Shown here in pieces: positions 19,149-28,928 of a stretch of 64,000 bases of DNA. How positions within the stretch are numbered: the first letter of the stretch is position 1; each line of letters opens with the position of its first letter. This DNA is from Thermoleophilaceae bacterium (GTDB taxonomy: Bacteria > Actinomycetota > Thermoleophilia > Solirubrobacterales > Thermoleophilaceae): positions 133,246-197,245 of the forward strand of contig JBBDYQ010000004.1 of the NCBI GenBank assembly GCA_040901445.1. The letters run 5' to 3'. The position numbers and the translations under genes are program-made. The notes under the pieces are model-generated. The model searched no databases. It worked only from the letters and a program-made list of their open reading frames with translations, and was not told the DNA's origin.

Positions 19149-20026
19149 TGCCGGGTCTCCGTCTCCTCACGTCGCTCGCGCTGCTCGGCGAGCGCCTCCT
19201 GCGCTTCCTGGATGTCCGCGCGCTGTTGCTGCGCCCAGGCCTCGTACTCGGCCACCGGGAGAGCCCGGACAGTGGCGCGCATGTCGGCGTGGTTGTCGCC
19301 GCACAGCTCGGCGCACTGGCCCGAGTACACGCCCGGCTCGGAGATCTTGAACCAGGTCTCGTTGACGTGGCCCGGGAGGGCATCGGCCTTGCCGCCGAGC
19401 TCGGGAATCCACCACGAGTGGGCCACGTCCTGCGAGGTGATCTCCAGGAGGACGGTGGTGTTCACCGGGACCACCATCTCGTGGTAGGCGAACAGCGGCT
19501 GGTCACCCGGGTAGTCGTAGCGCCAGAGGTACTGCTGGCCGTTGACTCCGATCTTGAGCCCTTCGCCGCCGGGCGGCTCCGTCTGGTTGATGGCCGCGAA
19601 CTGCACGGCCTCGGCCGCCTGGAGCCCGTCGGGTCCGGAGGCCGGCGGGTTCGTGATGTCGTCCAGATAGACGAAGGTCACGGCGGCGAGCACCACGACG
19701 ATGGCGGCCGCGCCCATGGTCCAGCCCACCTCGAGCGGCGTGTTGCCGTGGATCTGCTCGGCGGGCGGCCCGCCGCGGCGCGCCCGGTACTTCACCAGCG
19801 ACCAGATCAGCGTGCCCTCCACGCCGATGAAGATCACGAGCCCGATGTAGAACGTGATCTCGTAGAGGGTGGAGATGTCGTCGGCGTTGGGCGAGCCGCC
19901 GGACTCCGGGAAGATCGCGCCGGCCATCGCCGCCGGGGCCGCGACCAGCAGCGCACCCGCGCCGAGGGCGAGGGCCGCGAGCAGAGTCCGGGTGTGGCGG
20001 CCACGTCGCACGGCGGCGGGCATCAT
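19145..20026 (-). CDS. ctaC: Cytochrome c oxidase subunit II
   Basis: CuA site DVAHSWWIPELG..CAELCGDNHADM. N-terminal signal/TM segment. Confidence 0.9.
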   Translation of the reverse strand: MMPAAVRRGRHTRTLLAALALGAGALLVAAPAAMAGAIFPESGGSPNADDISTLYEITFYIGLVIFIGVEGTLIWSLVKYRARRGGPPAEQIHGNTPLEVGWTMGAAAIVVVLAAVTFVYLDDITNPPASGPDGLQAAEAVQFAAINQTEPPGGEGLKIGVNGQQYLWRYDYPGDQPLFAYHEMVVPVNTTVLLEITSQDVAHSWWIPELGGKADALPGHVNETWFKISEPGVYSGQCAELCGDNHADMRATVRALPVAEYEAWAQQQRADIQEAQEALAEQRERREETETRQ

Positions 20027-20069
20027 ATCCGTCGTCCGGATTCAGACGACGGTACGTCTCAGTCGGCTG

Positions 20070-20384
20070 TCAGACGGCCGGCGGAGGGTCCCCGGGCTGC
20101 TGCCCGATGGCGAAGCTCACGGCGCCGCCCTCGACCTCGGCGTCCAGCACGGCGGCGTCGAGCGCCACGGCTGCCTGTGGCTCGAGGAAGACGTGGGCGC
20201 CGTCCTCGTCCACCACCTGGTCGCCGGCGGCGGGCTCTTCGGCCAGCTCGACGGCCAGAGCGGTTCCGCCGCTGTCGGCGGACGCCGTGGCCGCGATCCG
20301 CAGCCCGCCGTCCTCGGGGACGTCCTCGGAGGACGAGACGATGGCCTTGATGGCGTCGGCTGCTGCGGTGGTGATTGCGAGCAT
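20070..20384 (-). CDS. HesB/IscA-like protein without cysteines (104 aa)
   Basis: Tail of track ORF 20070..21230 from ATG 20384. ..ITTAAADAIKAIV..GGLRI..VVDEDGAHVFLEP..L..AVLD has an IscA-like layout, but there is no Cys anywhere. Confidence 0.55.
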   Translation of the reverse strand: MLAITTAAADAIKAIVSSSEDVPEDGGLRIAATASADSGGTALAVELAEEPAAGDQVVDEDGAHVFLEPQAAVALDAAVLDAEVEGGAVSFAIGQQPGDPPPAV

Positions 20385-20455
20385 GGGGAGATCAACTCCT
20401 CGATCGGGTCGCTCCCGCGTCGTGTCCCCGGGCTCGGCCGGACCGAAACCAGCCA

Positions 20456-21250
20456 TCACGTCCCGCCGAAAGCCGCCGCGCGCTTGCCCACGAAGGCGCC
20501 GACGCCCTCGTGGAAGTCGTCCGTGCGGGCCAGGGCGTGCTGGAGGTCGGCCTCGAGCTCGAGCTGCTCGTCCATGCGCGGGTAGAGCATCTGGTTGAGA
20601 GCGCGCTTGGAGCCGGCGTAGGAGCGCGTGGGGCCCGCTGAGAGCTGCTCCACGAGAGCGTTGGCCTCGTCCAGCAGGCGGTCGTCGGCGTGCACCCGGT
20701 TCACGAGGCCCCACTCGAGCGCCTGCTGCGCGGTCACCCGCTCGCCGAGGAAGGCCATCTCGAACGCGCGCGCCTTCCCGACGGCGGCGGGCACGAACAG
20801 CGTGGATCCGCCGTCGGGCATGAGGCCGATGTTCACGAAGGCCAGGCCGAAGTAGGCCGACTCCGCGCACAGCACCAGGTCGCACGCGAGCGCGAGCGAG
20901 CAGCCGATGCCCACGGCGGGCCCGTTCACGGCCGCGATCACCGGCTTCTCGAGGCGGCGCACCCCGGTGATGATCGGGTGGTAGACGTCGAGCAGCTCCT
21001 TGCGCACGTCCGGGCGGCCGTCGTCGGGGTGGGCGTCGAAGCCCGCCTTGAGGTCCGCGCCGGAGGAGAAGCCGCGGCCCGCTCCCGTGACCAGCACGGC
21101 GCGCACGGACGGATCGGACGCCTCCTCCTCGATCACCTGCTTGAGCTCGTGGCCGAACTCGGCCGTCCACGCGTTCAGCGTCTCGGGGCGGTTGAGGGTG
21201 ATGCGCCCGATGGCGCCGGACTGCTCCCACTGGACGGTCTCGTAGCTCAT
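20456..21250 (-). CDS. Enoyl-CoA hydratase/isomerase family protein
   Basis: Crotonase pattern: ITLNRPETLNAW, VLVTGAGRGFSSGADL, AAVNGPAVGIGCSLALACD. Confidence 0.85.
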   Translation of the reverse strand: MSYETVQWEQSGAIGRITLNRPETLNAWTAEFGHELKQVIEEEASDPSVRAVLVTGAGRGFSSGADLKAGFDAHPDDGRPDVRKELLDVYHPIITGVRRLEKPVIAAVNGPAVGIGCSLALACDLVLCAESAYFGLAFVNIGLMPDGGSTLFVPAAVGKARAFEMAFLGERVTAQQALEWGLVNRVHADDRLLDEANALVEQLSAGPTRSYAGSKRALNQMLYPRMDEQLELEADLQHALARTDDFHEGVGAFVGKRAAAFGGT

Positions 21251-21272
21251 GCCCGGACCTTATCCTTCACCA

Positions 21273-21914
21273 ATGCTCCTCGACGAGGTCGAGTGGCTCG
21301 GGCACTCGGGCTTCCGGGTCCGCTCGGGCCGGACGGTGATCTACATCGATCCGTACCGCGTGCCGGACGGGCCGGAGGCGGACCTCATCCTCGTCACCCA
21401 TGGCCACTACGACCACTTCTCGCCCACCGACGTCGAGCGCCTGAGCACGGATGAGACCACCGTCGTGGCGCCGCCGGCGGTGGCAGAGCGCGTGGCGGGA
21501 AACGTGGTGTCGGTGCGGCCGGGCGACGTCGTGCGGCCGGCGGAGGGAGTCGAGGTGGTGGCGGTGGCGGCCTACAACACGTCCAAGCGCGACACGGACG
21601 GGCGCGCCTTCCACCCGCGGGAGGCCGGCTGGGTGGGCTACGACATGAACGTGCGCGGCGAGCGGCTCTACCACTCCGGGGACACGGACGTGATCCCCGA
21701 GATGGACGCCGTGGCCGGGGTGGACGTGGCGCTGCTGCCCGTGAGCGGCACCTACGTGATGACCGCGGCCGAGGCCGTGGAGGCCGCGCGGCGGATCCAG
21801 CCGCGCGTGGCGGTCCCGATGCACTGGGGCGAGCACATCGGGACCTTGGAGGACGCGCGCCTGTTCGCCGAGCGGGCGCCCGTGGAGGTAGCGATCATGG
21901 AGAGGACCACATGA
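21273..21914 (+). CDS. MBL-fold metal-dependent hydrolase
   Basis: ORF 21249..21914. WLGHSGF.., LVTHGHYDHF, HSGDT. ATG 21273 fits the family N-terminus better than ATG 21249, which overlaps the divergent echA start. Confidence 0.75.
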   Translation: MLLDEVEWLGHSGFRVRSGRTVIYIDPYRVPDGPEADLILVTHGHYDHFSPTDVERLSTDETTVVAPPAVAERVAGNVVSVRPGDVVRPAEGVEVVAVAAYNTSKRDTDGRAFHPREAGWVGYDMNVRGERLYHSGDTDVIPEMDAVAGVDVALLPVSGTYVMTAAEAVEAARRIQPRVAVPMHWGEHIGTLEDARLFAERAPVEVAIMERTT

Positions 21915-23613
21915 CCAGGACTCAGACCGCCATGCGAGCCATGGCCAAGCAGGACCCGGAGCTGGGTGCGCGGCTCGTGCTCATGACGATGCCGGCCCTG
22001 GCGAACGGCGTGAGCTTCGACCTCGAGGTCGAGGGGATGGGCACCACGCGGGTCGGGGACGGCGAGCCGGGCTTCAGGCTGCTCACCAGCCCGAGCGGAC
22101 TCGCCGAGCTCGCGGGCGGCGCCAGCCCGCTGCGGCTGATGCTGGGCGGGCGCCTGCGCATCCGCGGCAGCCGGCGCAAGGCACTGGGCCTGCGCTCGCT
22201 GGGCGACGGCGAGCTGTCGCTGGCCGACGTGGTCAGGTCCGGCGGGCGGATCGACCCCGACCCGGTCTACCGCGCGCTCACCTATCTCATCGACCCGGAG
22301 TGGACGCGCGGACACTCGTTCACCGTCGCGTACGAGGTCGGCGGCGCCGGCACCTGGTTCGTGACGGCGCGCGACGGGGAGCCCGTCGCGGTCGGGGTCG
22401 AGCGGCCGGAGCGCGTGGACGCCACCGCCCGCGTGGACCTCGACACCTACCACCGGCTCATCGGCGGCGAGATGACGCCCACGCAGGCCATGCAGCGCCA
22501 GCTCACGTGGGTCGACGGCGACCTCCACCCGGTGGTCCTGCTGGGCCGCTGGATCGAGCGCGCCCAGGGCCGCGACGACGACGAGCTGGCCCGCGAGGCC
22601 GAGCAGCGGCGCCTGCTCGAGGCGCGCGGGCCCACGTGGGGCGCCTCGTCCAACGGGCTGGCGGGCGCCGGCCAGGGCGACCCGGCGCACGAGTCCGAGT
22701 CCGCGCGGCGCGAGTCGCGGGACCTGCTCACCTACGGCCAGCTCTACGCGCTCTGGGAGCGCCAGAACTGGAAGGCGCACGAGCTGGACTTCTCGGTGGA
22801 TCGCGAGCAGTGGCTGGCGTCACCGCGCGAGGCGCAGGAGAACACGGCCTGGAGCCTGGGCTCGTTCTACATCGGGGAGGAGCGGGTGACCGCCGACCTC
22901 GCGCCGTTCCTGATGGCGGCGCCAGCGGCGAGGTGGAGGTCTTCCTCGCCACCCAGCTCGTGGACGAGGCGCGACACGCCACGTTCTTCGACCGCTTCGG
23001 GGCCGAGGTCATGGCGCTGGAGTCCGACGACCTGCGCAACCGCATGCGCGATCTCGAGAAGACGATGCTGTCGGCCTGGCACGACGTGTTCGACGACGGG
23101 CTGCGCGAGACCGCCAACCGGATCAAGGCCAGGCCGGACGACCTCGACCTGTTCGTGGAGGGCATCACCACCTACCACATGATCATCGAGGGGGTCCTGG
23201 CCATGACGGGCCAGCGCTTCATCCTCAAGTACATGGAGGACCATGGGCTCTACCCCGGCTTCGTGAAGGGCTTCTCGCTGGTGGAGCAGGACGAGCACCG
23301 CCACATCGCGTTCGGCGTCCGCTTCCTGCGCGACGCGATCGCGGACGACCGCGAGCGCTTCGAGCCCATCGTCCGGCGCCGCATCGAGGAGCTCGTGCCC
23401 AAGGCGGTGCACGTGTTCGTGCCGCCGTATGCCGAGACCGCGCGCGAGTTCGTGTCCTACGGGTACGACTCGCGCCAGCTCTACGGCTACGCGTACCGCG
23501 CGCTCAAGCGGCGCACGGCGGTCATCGGGATCGAGATCCCGTCGGCGGAGGACCTCATGCCCGGGCCGATCGCCTCGCCCGAGGAGGCCAGGGCCGCGGG
23601 GGTGCCTGCGTAG
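21911..23613 (+). pseudogene. SCP2-like domains fused to an R2-like (ferritin-like di-metal) oxidase, interrupted by a frame change near 22910-22930
   Basis: Frame of ORF 21911..23182 is protein-like up to ..FYIGEERVTADLAPFLMAAP, then becomes Ser/Arg/Thr junk. Frame of ORF 22300..23613 is junk until ..GEVEVFLATQLVDEARHATFFDRF..VEQDEHRHIAFG. The metal-ligand motifs are split across the two frames. Confidence 0.6.
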
Positions 23614-23637
23614 GCCGATCGGGGAATAACCCTCTCC

Positions 23638-23868
23638 ATGACCGACGAGAGGGTGGAGAGGGCAGAGGAAGCGGAGGTCCACGGCCCGCCGGCATGGGCC
23701 CAGACGCCACGGCCGGGGAACGGGCGGCGCCGGCGTCCCGCCGAGCGGGCGCGGGACGCGGACTTCCCGCTGGCCCTGCGCGGCTACGAGAAGGCGGCGG
23801 TGGACGCGTACGTGGAGGAGATGACCGAGCTCGAGCTCGAGCCCGAGCCTCAGCCCGACGACGCCTGA
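23638..23868 (+). CDS. Small DivIVA-domain protein (76 aa)
   Basis: FPLALRGYEKAAVDAYVEEM matches the DivIVA N-terminal motif (F..RGY....VD.). Confidence 0.55.
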   Translation: MTDERVERAEEAEVHGPPAWAQTPRPGNGRRRRPAERARDADFPLALRGYEKAAVDAYVEEMTELELEPEPQPDDA

Positions 23869-24791
23869 CGGGCGAGGAAGCCCAGGATCGCGTCGTTCAC
23901 GGCGTCCGGGTTCTCCTCCGGCATCGCGTGCGAGGAGTCCGGGATCTCCTCCCGCTCGGCGTGGGGCAGCAGCCGCTCGAGGTGCTCGCTCATGCGGACG
24001 AAGGCGGCAGGGCTGCGGTCACCGGTCAGCAGCAGCGCCGGGACCTCCACGCCGCGCACCTCGTCCTCGGTGAGCGGCGGGAAGCCGGCGCCCGTCAGCT
24101 GGGCCTTGAGCGAGCCGACGTTCTCGCGCATCCGCTGCTTGCGGGCCTCCGGCAGCTGCTCGTAGATCTCCCTGCCGAGCACGCCGCGGGCGAACGTTTG
24201 CATGGCCTCCTCGTCGTCGTCCCGGTTGAACGCCTTCTCGGCGGGGGCGATCGTCCCGGCTCCGAAGCGGACGATGGCGACCGCTGTCCTCGGCCGGCGG
24301 GCCAGGAGCCGGAGCAGCTCCGGAGGCCGCGGCGGCTTGCTCAGGAACAGCGAGAGCACGGGTGGCTCGAGGAGCACCAGGCTGCGGACGGCCTCCGGGT
24401 GCCGGATCGCCGTGAGCAGGCAGATGAAGCCGCCCCACGAGTGACCGACCAGGTGGGCGGGGGCCGCACCCACCGCCGGCAGGAACCCGGCGAGGTCCTC
24501 GACGTGCGGCAGCATCTGGTCGTCGGCGCCCGGCTCGATGTCCGCGTTCGGCCGCGCGTAGCGGCGGCTGTAGGCGATCGCCCGGTGCTCGGCGCCGATC
24601 GCGGGCCACTGTCCCTCCCAGATCCGCAGGTCACTGGCGCTGCCGTGGACGAGCACGACCGGCTCGCCCTGCCCCTGCTCGCGATAGGCGAGCGAGGTCC
24701 CCTCGACCGCGGCGGTCCTCACGCCCTCGAACGGATCTGCGCTCGCTGCGCTGGCGGTGCCCGTCATCGCTTCCCCTTTCGATCGAGGCAA
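23850..24791 (-). CDS. Alpha/beta hydrolase
   Basis: VVLVHGSASD, nucleophile elbow GHSWGG, C-terminal ..SSHAMPEE. Confidence 0.8.
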   Translation of the reverse strand: MPRSKGEAMTGTASAASADPFEGVRTAAVEGTSLAYREQGQGEPVVLVHGSASDLRIWEGQWPAIGAEHRAIAYSRRYARPNADIEPGADDQMLPHVEDLAGFLPAVGAAPAHLVGHSWGGFICLLTAIRHPEAVRSLVLLEPPVLSLFLSKPPRPPELLRLLARRPRTAVAIVRFGAGTIAPAEKAFNRDDDEEAMQTFARGVLGREIYEQLPEARKQRMRENVGSLKAQLTGAGFPPLTEDEVRGVEVPALLLTGDRSPAAFVRMSEHLERLLPHAEREEIPDSSHAMPEENPDAVNDAILGFLARQASSG

Positions 24792-24831
24792 GCCTACGAC
24801 CGCTTCGGGCCAAGGGCAACCGGGATCTTCG

Positions 24832-25431
24832 TCAGGGGGCCAGCCGCTCGATGAACCAACCGCGTTCGCCAGCGCGATAGCGCAGCCGATCGTGCAGGCG
24901 GTCCTCGCCGTGCTGCCAGAACTCCCACGCGCTCGGGGCGAGACGGTACCCGCCCCACCAGTCCGCCACGCCCACGTCGGCGCCGGCGTGCTCGGACTCG
25001 ACTGCGCGCACGCGCGCGTCGAGCTCCTCGCGGCTCGCCACCACCTCGCTCTGCGGCGAGGCCAGGGCGCTCAGGCGGCTTTTGCGCCCGCGCGTGCGCG
25101 CGTAGGCCTCGGTCTCCTCCCGCGCGACCCGCGCGACGGCTCCCTCCACCCGGACCTGGCGGCCCAGCTCCTTCCAGTGGAAGAGGAGGGCTGCGCGCGG
25201 GTTCTCCTCCAGCTCGCGGCCCTTGCGGCTGAGGTAGTTCGTGAAGAACACCAGCCCGCGCGCGTCGTGGCCCTTGAGCAGCACCATGCGCGCACTCGGG
25301 GTCCCGTTCGCGGACGCCGTGGCAAGCGCGACGGCCTCCGGCTCGAACACGCCGCCGGCGCGGGCGTCCGCAAACCAGCGGGCAAACTGCGCGAGGGGAT
25401 CGCGGTCGAGATCCTCCTCGCGCAGCGCCAT
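24832..25431 (-). CDS. pdxH: Pyridoxamine 5'-phosphate oxidase
   Basis: PSARMVLLKG..GLVFFTNY.S.KG.EL..NP.AALLFHW..L.RQVRVEG ... EFWQ.G..RLHDR..Y. Confidence 0.85.
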   Translation of the reverse strand: MALREEDLDRDPLAQFARWFADARAGGVFEPEAVALATASANGTPSARMVLLKGHDARGLVFFTNYLSRKGRELEENPRAALLFHWKELGRQVRVEGAVARVAREETEAYARTRGRKSRLSALASPQSEVVASREELDARVRAVESEHAGADVGVADWWGGYRLAPSAWEFWQHGEDRLHDRLRYRAGERGWFIERLAP

Positions 25432-25441
25432 GTGCCAGAGG

Positions 25442-26662
25442 CTAGAGCTCCTCGCCGTCGATCAGGTGCTTGAACAGCACGTCCTGCGACGTCATCGCCG
25501 GACTGCTGAACGCGATGAAGTTCGCCCGCGCCGAGCTCGCCAGGTCCTTGATCGCCGGGCGCCGGCTCGAGTCGGAGGTGGCGTGCGCGAGGTCGTCGAT
25601 GTTGTCCGAGTTGAGGTTGCGGTAGTAGACGTCGCTCGTGCGCCCGCTCGTGCGCACGAAGGTCACGATCCCGCGGTCCCAGGCGTACGGCGTGATGCCG
25701 CCGTTGAAGCTGTCGCCGCGCAGGCTGCGGCTGCTGCCGGAGTAGGCCGAGATGAGCTTGGTCCGGCCGCGCTGGCCCTTGCTGTCGAACACGCGCATGT
25801 ACACGTCCCAGTCGCGGTCGCGATCGCCGCGGGTGATGCCGCTGCGCGTGTCGAAGACCACGGCCCAGCGCCGGCTGCTGCCGCTGTCGGACACCGCCGG
25901 GTCCGAGCCGTTGCCCGCCACCCGGGTGGTGCGCCCGGCGCGGCGCAGATAGACGCGGCTGCCCCGCTCCCACACGATGGCGTTGCCGTCGAGCGCGTAG
26001 TCCGGGTTGTGGCCGCGGGTGAAGCGGCGCGGCTTGCGGCCGTCGGCACGAGCGTTCGCGGTGTAGACGTAGCGGCCCGCCTCGAAAGCGACCTTGCGGC
26101 AGTCGCCGTCGATCGTGGGGTTCGTGGCATGGCCGCGCACGCCGCGTGAGAGCAGCCGCGTGCTCTCGTAGCGCAGGTCGCGCACGTATATGTCGTAGTC
26201 GTCGTCATCGTCGTGCTCGGAGAGGTTGGTGGCGCGCGAGCGGAAGACCACGCAGCGCGGGCCGTCCTGCACCGAGCCCGACACCTCGGGGTCCAGCGAG
26301 CGGCCGTCGCCCTGCTGCTCGCCGGTGCCGATGCTGATCCGCTTCAGCTCGCCGGCCGGACGCGCGGGGCCGTCGTCGAGCCCGCTCGTGCCGCGCTCAC
26401 CCTCGGGTCGCTCGTAGAGGAAGACGTCCGTCTCGTCGTTGGTGTCGCCTGGGATCAGGTTCGTGGCCTCGGAGTGGAAGGCCACGTAGCGGCCCTCGCG
26501 GTCGTCGCCCGAGATGGCGGGGCCGCCGGATGGTCCGTTGGCGGCGCCTCCGCCCGCGGTGACGGAGATGGGCACCGGGTCGGTGCCGAAGATCGCGGCC
26601 GACGCGGGAACGGCGGCGATGAGCAGGATGATGGGGAGCGCGACGATGGCCAGGCGCTTCAC
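25442..26662 (-). CDS. Secreted beta-propeller-like repeat protein (TolB/PD40-like)
   Basis: ORF 25442..26716. GTG 26662 follows AGGAAGG and gives the signal peptide VKRLAIVALPIILLIAAVPASA. Repeated ..RYVAF.S.ATNL...D.N...DV(F/Y).. units. Confidence 0.65.
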   Translation of the reverse strand: MKRLAIVALPIILLIAAVPASAAIFGTDPVPISVTAGGGAANGPSGGPAISGDDREGRYVAFHSEATNLIPGDTNDETDVFLYERPEGERGTSGLDDGPARPAGELKRISIGTGEQQGDGRSLDPEVSGSVQDGPRCVVFRSRATNLSEHDDDDDYDIYVRDLRYESTRLLSRGVRGHATNPTIDGDCRKVAFEAGRYVYTANARADGRKPRRFTRGHNPDYALDGNAIVWERGSRVYLRRAGRTTRVAGNGSDPAVSDSGSSRRWAVVFDTRSGITRGDRDRDWDVYMRVFDSKGQRGRTKLISAYSGSSRSLRGDSFNGGITPYAWDRGIVTFVRTSGRTSDVYYRNLNSDNIDDLAHATSDSSRRPAIKDLASSARANFIAFSSPAMTSQDVLFKHLIDGEEL

Positions 26663-26829
26663 TGAGGGGGCCTTCCTGTTCGGGCGGTGCGGTCTCCCGC
26701 CGAGGATATAACCCATTCGGGTATGTCATGCGCGGATTGGGTTAAGAAGCTCGACGAGTCCGGAACACCGGCGACGGTGCGGGCATCCGTACATCTCTCC
26801 GCCTCCGCCGGAGATAGACTGCGGCCGCT

Positions 26830-27747
26830 TTGCGCCTGTCCAGCGTCCTCAGGACCGCGGCGCTGGGCTGCGTGGCCGCAGGCATAGCCGCCCCCCTGGC
26901 CCGCCACCGTCTGAAGCTCCGCCCCGCGGTCGTCTCCACGCTTGCCTGGCAGGCGCCGTTCGCGCTCGCGGTCGCCCGTCCGCGCACACCGCTGCGCGAC
27001 GCCGGCATCTACACGCTGCAGATGTGGGCGTACATCGCGCACTACGAGATGCCCAACGACGACCCGGACGCGCTGCTGCGCCGCCTGCGAGTGGAGTACC
27101 CGATCCGGGTGGACCGGGCCATCGGCGGGGGCGACCTGCCCACGCACCGCCTCCAGCGCGCGCTCGGCCGGCCCGGCGAGGTGCGCCGCCATGACCTCTG
27201 GCTCTCCTGGGTGCACTGGAGCTGGTTCTTCGTCCCGCACGGCTCGATGGCCTGGACGCTGTGGCGCCACCGCGAGCACTTCCCGCGCTCGGCAACGTTG
27301 ATGGCGGCCACCTTCGACGCCGGCCTCGCCTTCTACTGGCTGGTGCCCACGGCCCCGCCGTGGTGGGCGGGTGAGAGCCGCAAGATGCGGCCGGTCCGGC
27401 GGATCATGGTGGAGGCCGGGGAGCACTACTGGGGCAGGCTCTGGCGCCCGCTCTACGATTTCCTGGCCGGCAATCCCTTCGCGGCCATGCCCTCACTCCA
27501 CTTCGCCACATCGGTCATGTCGGCCCACGTCCTCTCGGACGTCGGGCGCGGGCCGGGTGCGCTGGGCTGGGCCTACGCCTCCACGCTCGGATTCGCGCTC
27601 GTCTACCTGGGCGAGCACTACGTCGTGGACCTGCTCGCGGGGTTCGTCCTCGCGGAGACGGTGCGGCAGCTCGGCCCGCGGGCCGAGCCGGCCATCCGGG
27701 CGGCGCAGCGGGCCGTGCAGCGCTTCGAGCCGAGGGTGGCCTGGTGA
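26830..27747 (+). CDS. PAP2-superfamily membrane protein
   Basis: Polytopic. MPSLHFATS and GEHYVVD resemble the PAP2 (SxH ... HxxxD) motifs. TTG start. Confidence 0.6.
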   Translation: MRLSSVLRTAALGCVAAGIAAPLARHRLKLRPAVVSTLAWQAPFALAVARPRTPLRDAGIYTLQMWAYIAHYEMPNDDPDALLRRLRVEYPIRVDRAIGGGDLPTHRLQRALGRPGEVRRHDLWLSWVHWSWFFVPHGSMAWTLWRHREHFPRSATLMAATFDAGLAFYWLVPTAPPWWAGESRKMRPVRRIMVEAGEHYWGRLWRPLYDFLAGNPFAAMPSLHFATSVMSAHVLSDVGRGPGALGWAYASTLGFALVYLGEHYVVDLLAGFVLAETVRQLGPRAEPAIRAAQRAVQRFEPRVAW

Positions 27748-28928
27748 GGGCCCGCGACGAGCGCTTGGCGCCCGCGCCGGGCGTCCTCACCCGGGACGAG
27801 GCCGAGGACGCCGCGATCGAGGAGCGGGCCGCAGGCCTCCTGGGCAACCCCCGCCGCCTCGTGACGCTGGGCCTCGCGTTCGTCGCCGTCGTCGTCGCCA
27901 TCTACGTCGTGCTGCCGAATGTCGTCGGCCTCGACGACACGTTCGACCGCCTCGGCGACGCCACCTGGTACTGGATCGCGGTCGCGCTCGGCTTCAACAT
28001 CGCGGCGTTCGCCGCCTACGTGGCGATCTTCCGCGGGATCCTCAGCGGCGCCGACGACCCGGTGATGGAGCGGCGGCTGGGGTTCACGGCCTCGTACCAG
28101 ATCACGATGGCGGGCCTGGCCGCCACGCGCGTGTTCTCCGCCGCCGGCGCCGGCGGCCTCGTGCTCACGTACTGGGCATTGCGCAAGGCGGGGATGGAGC
28201 GCCGCCGCGCGGCCTGCCGGATGGTGGCGCTGCTCGTGCTGCTCTATACGGTCTACCTCCTCGCGCTCGTGATCTTCGGCGTCCTGCTGCGCACGGGGGT
28301 GCTGCCCGGGGACGACCCCGTCAGCGGGACCATCGTGCCGGCGGGCATCGCGGGCGTGGTCCTGCTGGTCCTCGCGCTGGTGGCGCTCATCCCGCAGGAC
28401 TTCGAGCGCCGGCTGGCCGAGTATGCGCGGGGCTACCGGCGCGCCCGCTTCGCCAAGCGCATGGCCACCGGCCCGGCCACGCTGGCCTCGGGTGTGCGCA
28501 CCGCCATCGGCTACATGCGCCACCCGAGCCGCGGCGCGCTCGCGGTGGCCGGGGCGGTGGGCTTCTGGGCGGCCAACATCGGGGTGCTGTGGGCCAGCTT
28601 CGAGGCGTTCGGCGGCGACGTTTCCTTCGGGGTCCTCGTACAGGGCTTCTTCGTGGGCATGGCGGCCAACCTCATCCCGTCGCCCGCCGGGGGGGTCGGG
28701 TCCGTGGACGCAGGCATGATCGGGGCCTTCGTCCTGTTCGGCGTCCCCGCGGCATCTGTGGTCTTCCCGGCCGTGCTCACCTACCGGGTAATAGCCTTCT
28801 GGCTGCCGATCCCGCCCGGGGTCGTCGCCTTCTTCCAGCTGCAGCGCACCGTCGCGCGGTGGAAGGAGGAAGAGGGGGACGCGGGCTATACTTCAAAAAG
28901 TAAAGTGACTGCTGCGGAGGCCACGTGA
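27744..28928 (+). CDS. UPF0104 / lysyl-PG-synthase-TM (flippase-like) membrane protein
   Basis: Polytopic. ANLIPSPAGGVGSVDAGMIGAF is the family signature. GTGA overlaps on both sides. Confidence 0.7.
   Translation: MRARDERLAPAPGVLTRDEAEDAAIEERAAGLLGNPRRLVTLGLAFVAVVVAIYVVLPNVVGLDDTFDRLGDATWYWIAVALGFNIAAFAAYVAIFRGILSGADDPVMERRLGFTASYQITMAGLAATRVFSAAGAGGLVLTYWALRKAGMERRRAACRMVALLVLLYTVYLLALVIFGVLLRTGVLPGDDPVSGTIVPAGIAGVVLLVLALVALIPQDFERRLAEYARGYRRARFAKRMATGPATLASGVRTAIGYMRHPSRGALAVAGAVGFWAANIGVLWASFEAFGGDVSFGVLVQGFFVGMAANLIPSPAGGVGSVDAGMIGAFVLFGVPAASVVFPAVLTYRVIAFWLPIPPGVVAFFQLQRTVARWKEEEGDAGYTSKSKVTAAEAT

Noticed and set aside
26708-26722. aacccattcgggt, a partial match to the CACCCATTCCC motif.
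   Set aside because: Only ACCCATTC is shared. It overlaps a candidate start codon of the propeller gene, and its distance to the next plus-strand start (about 110 nt) does not fit the other copies.
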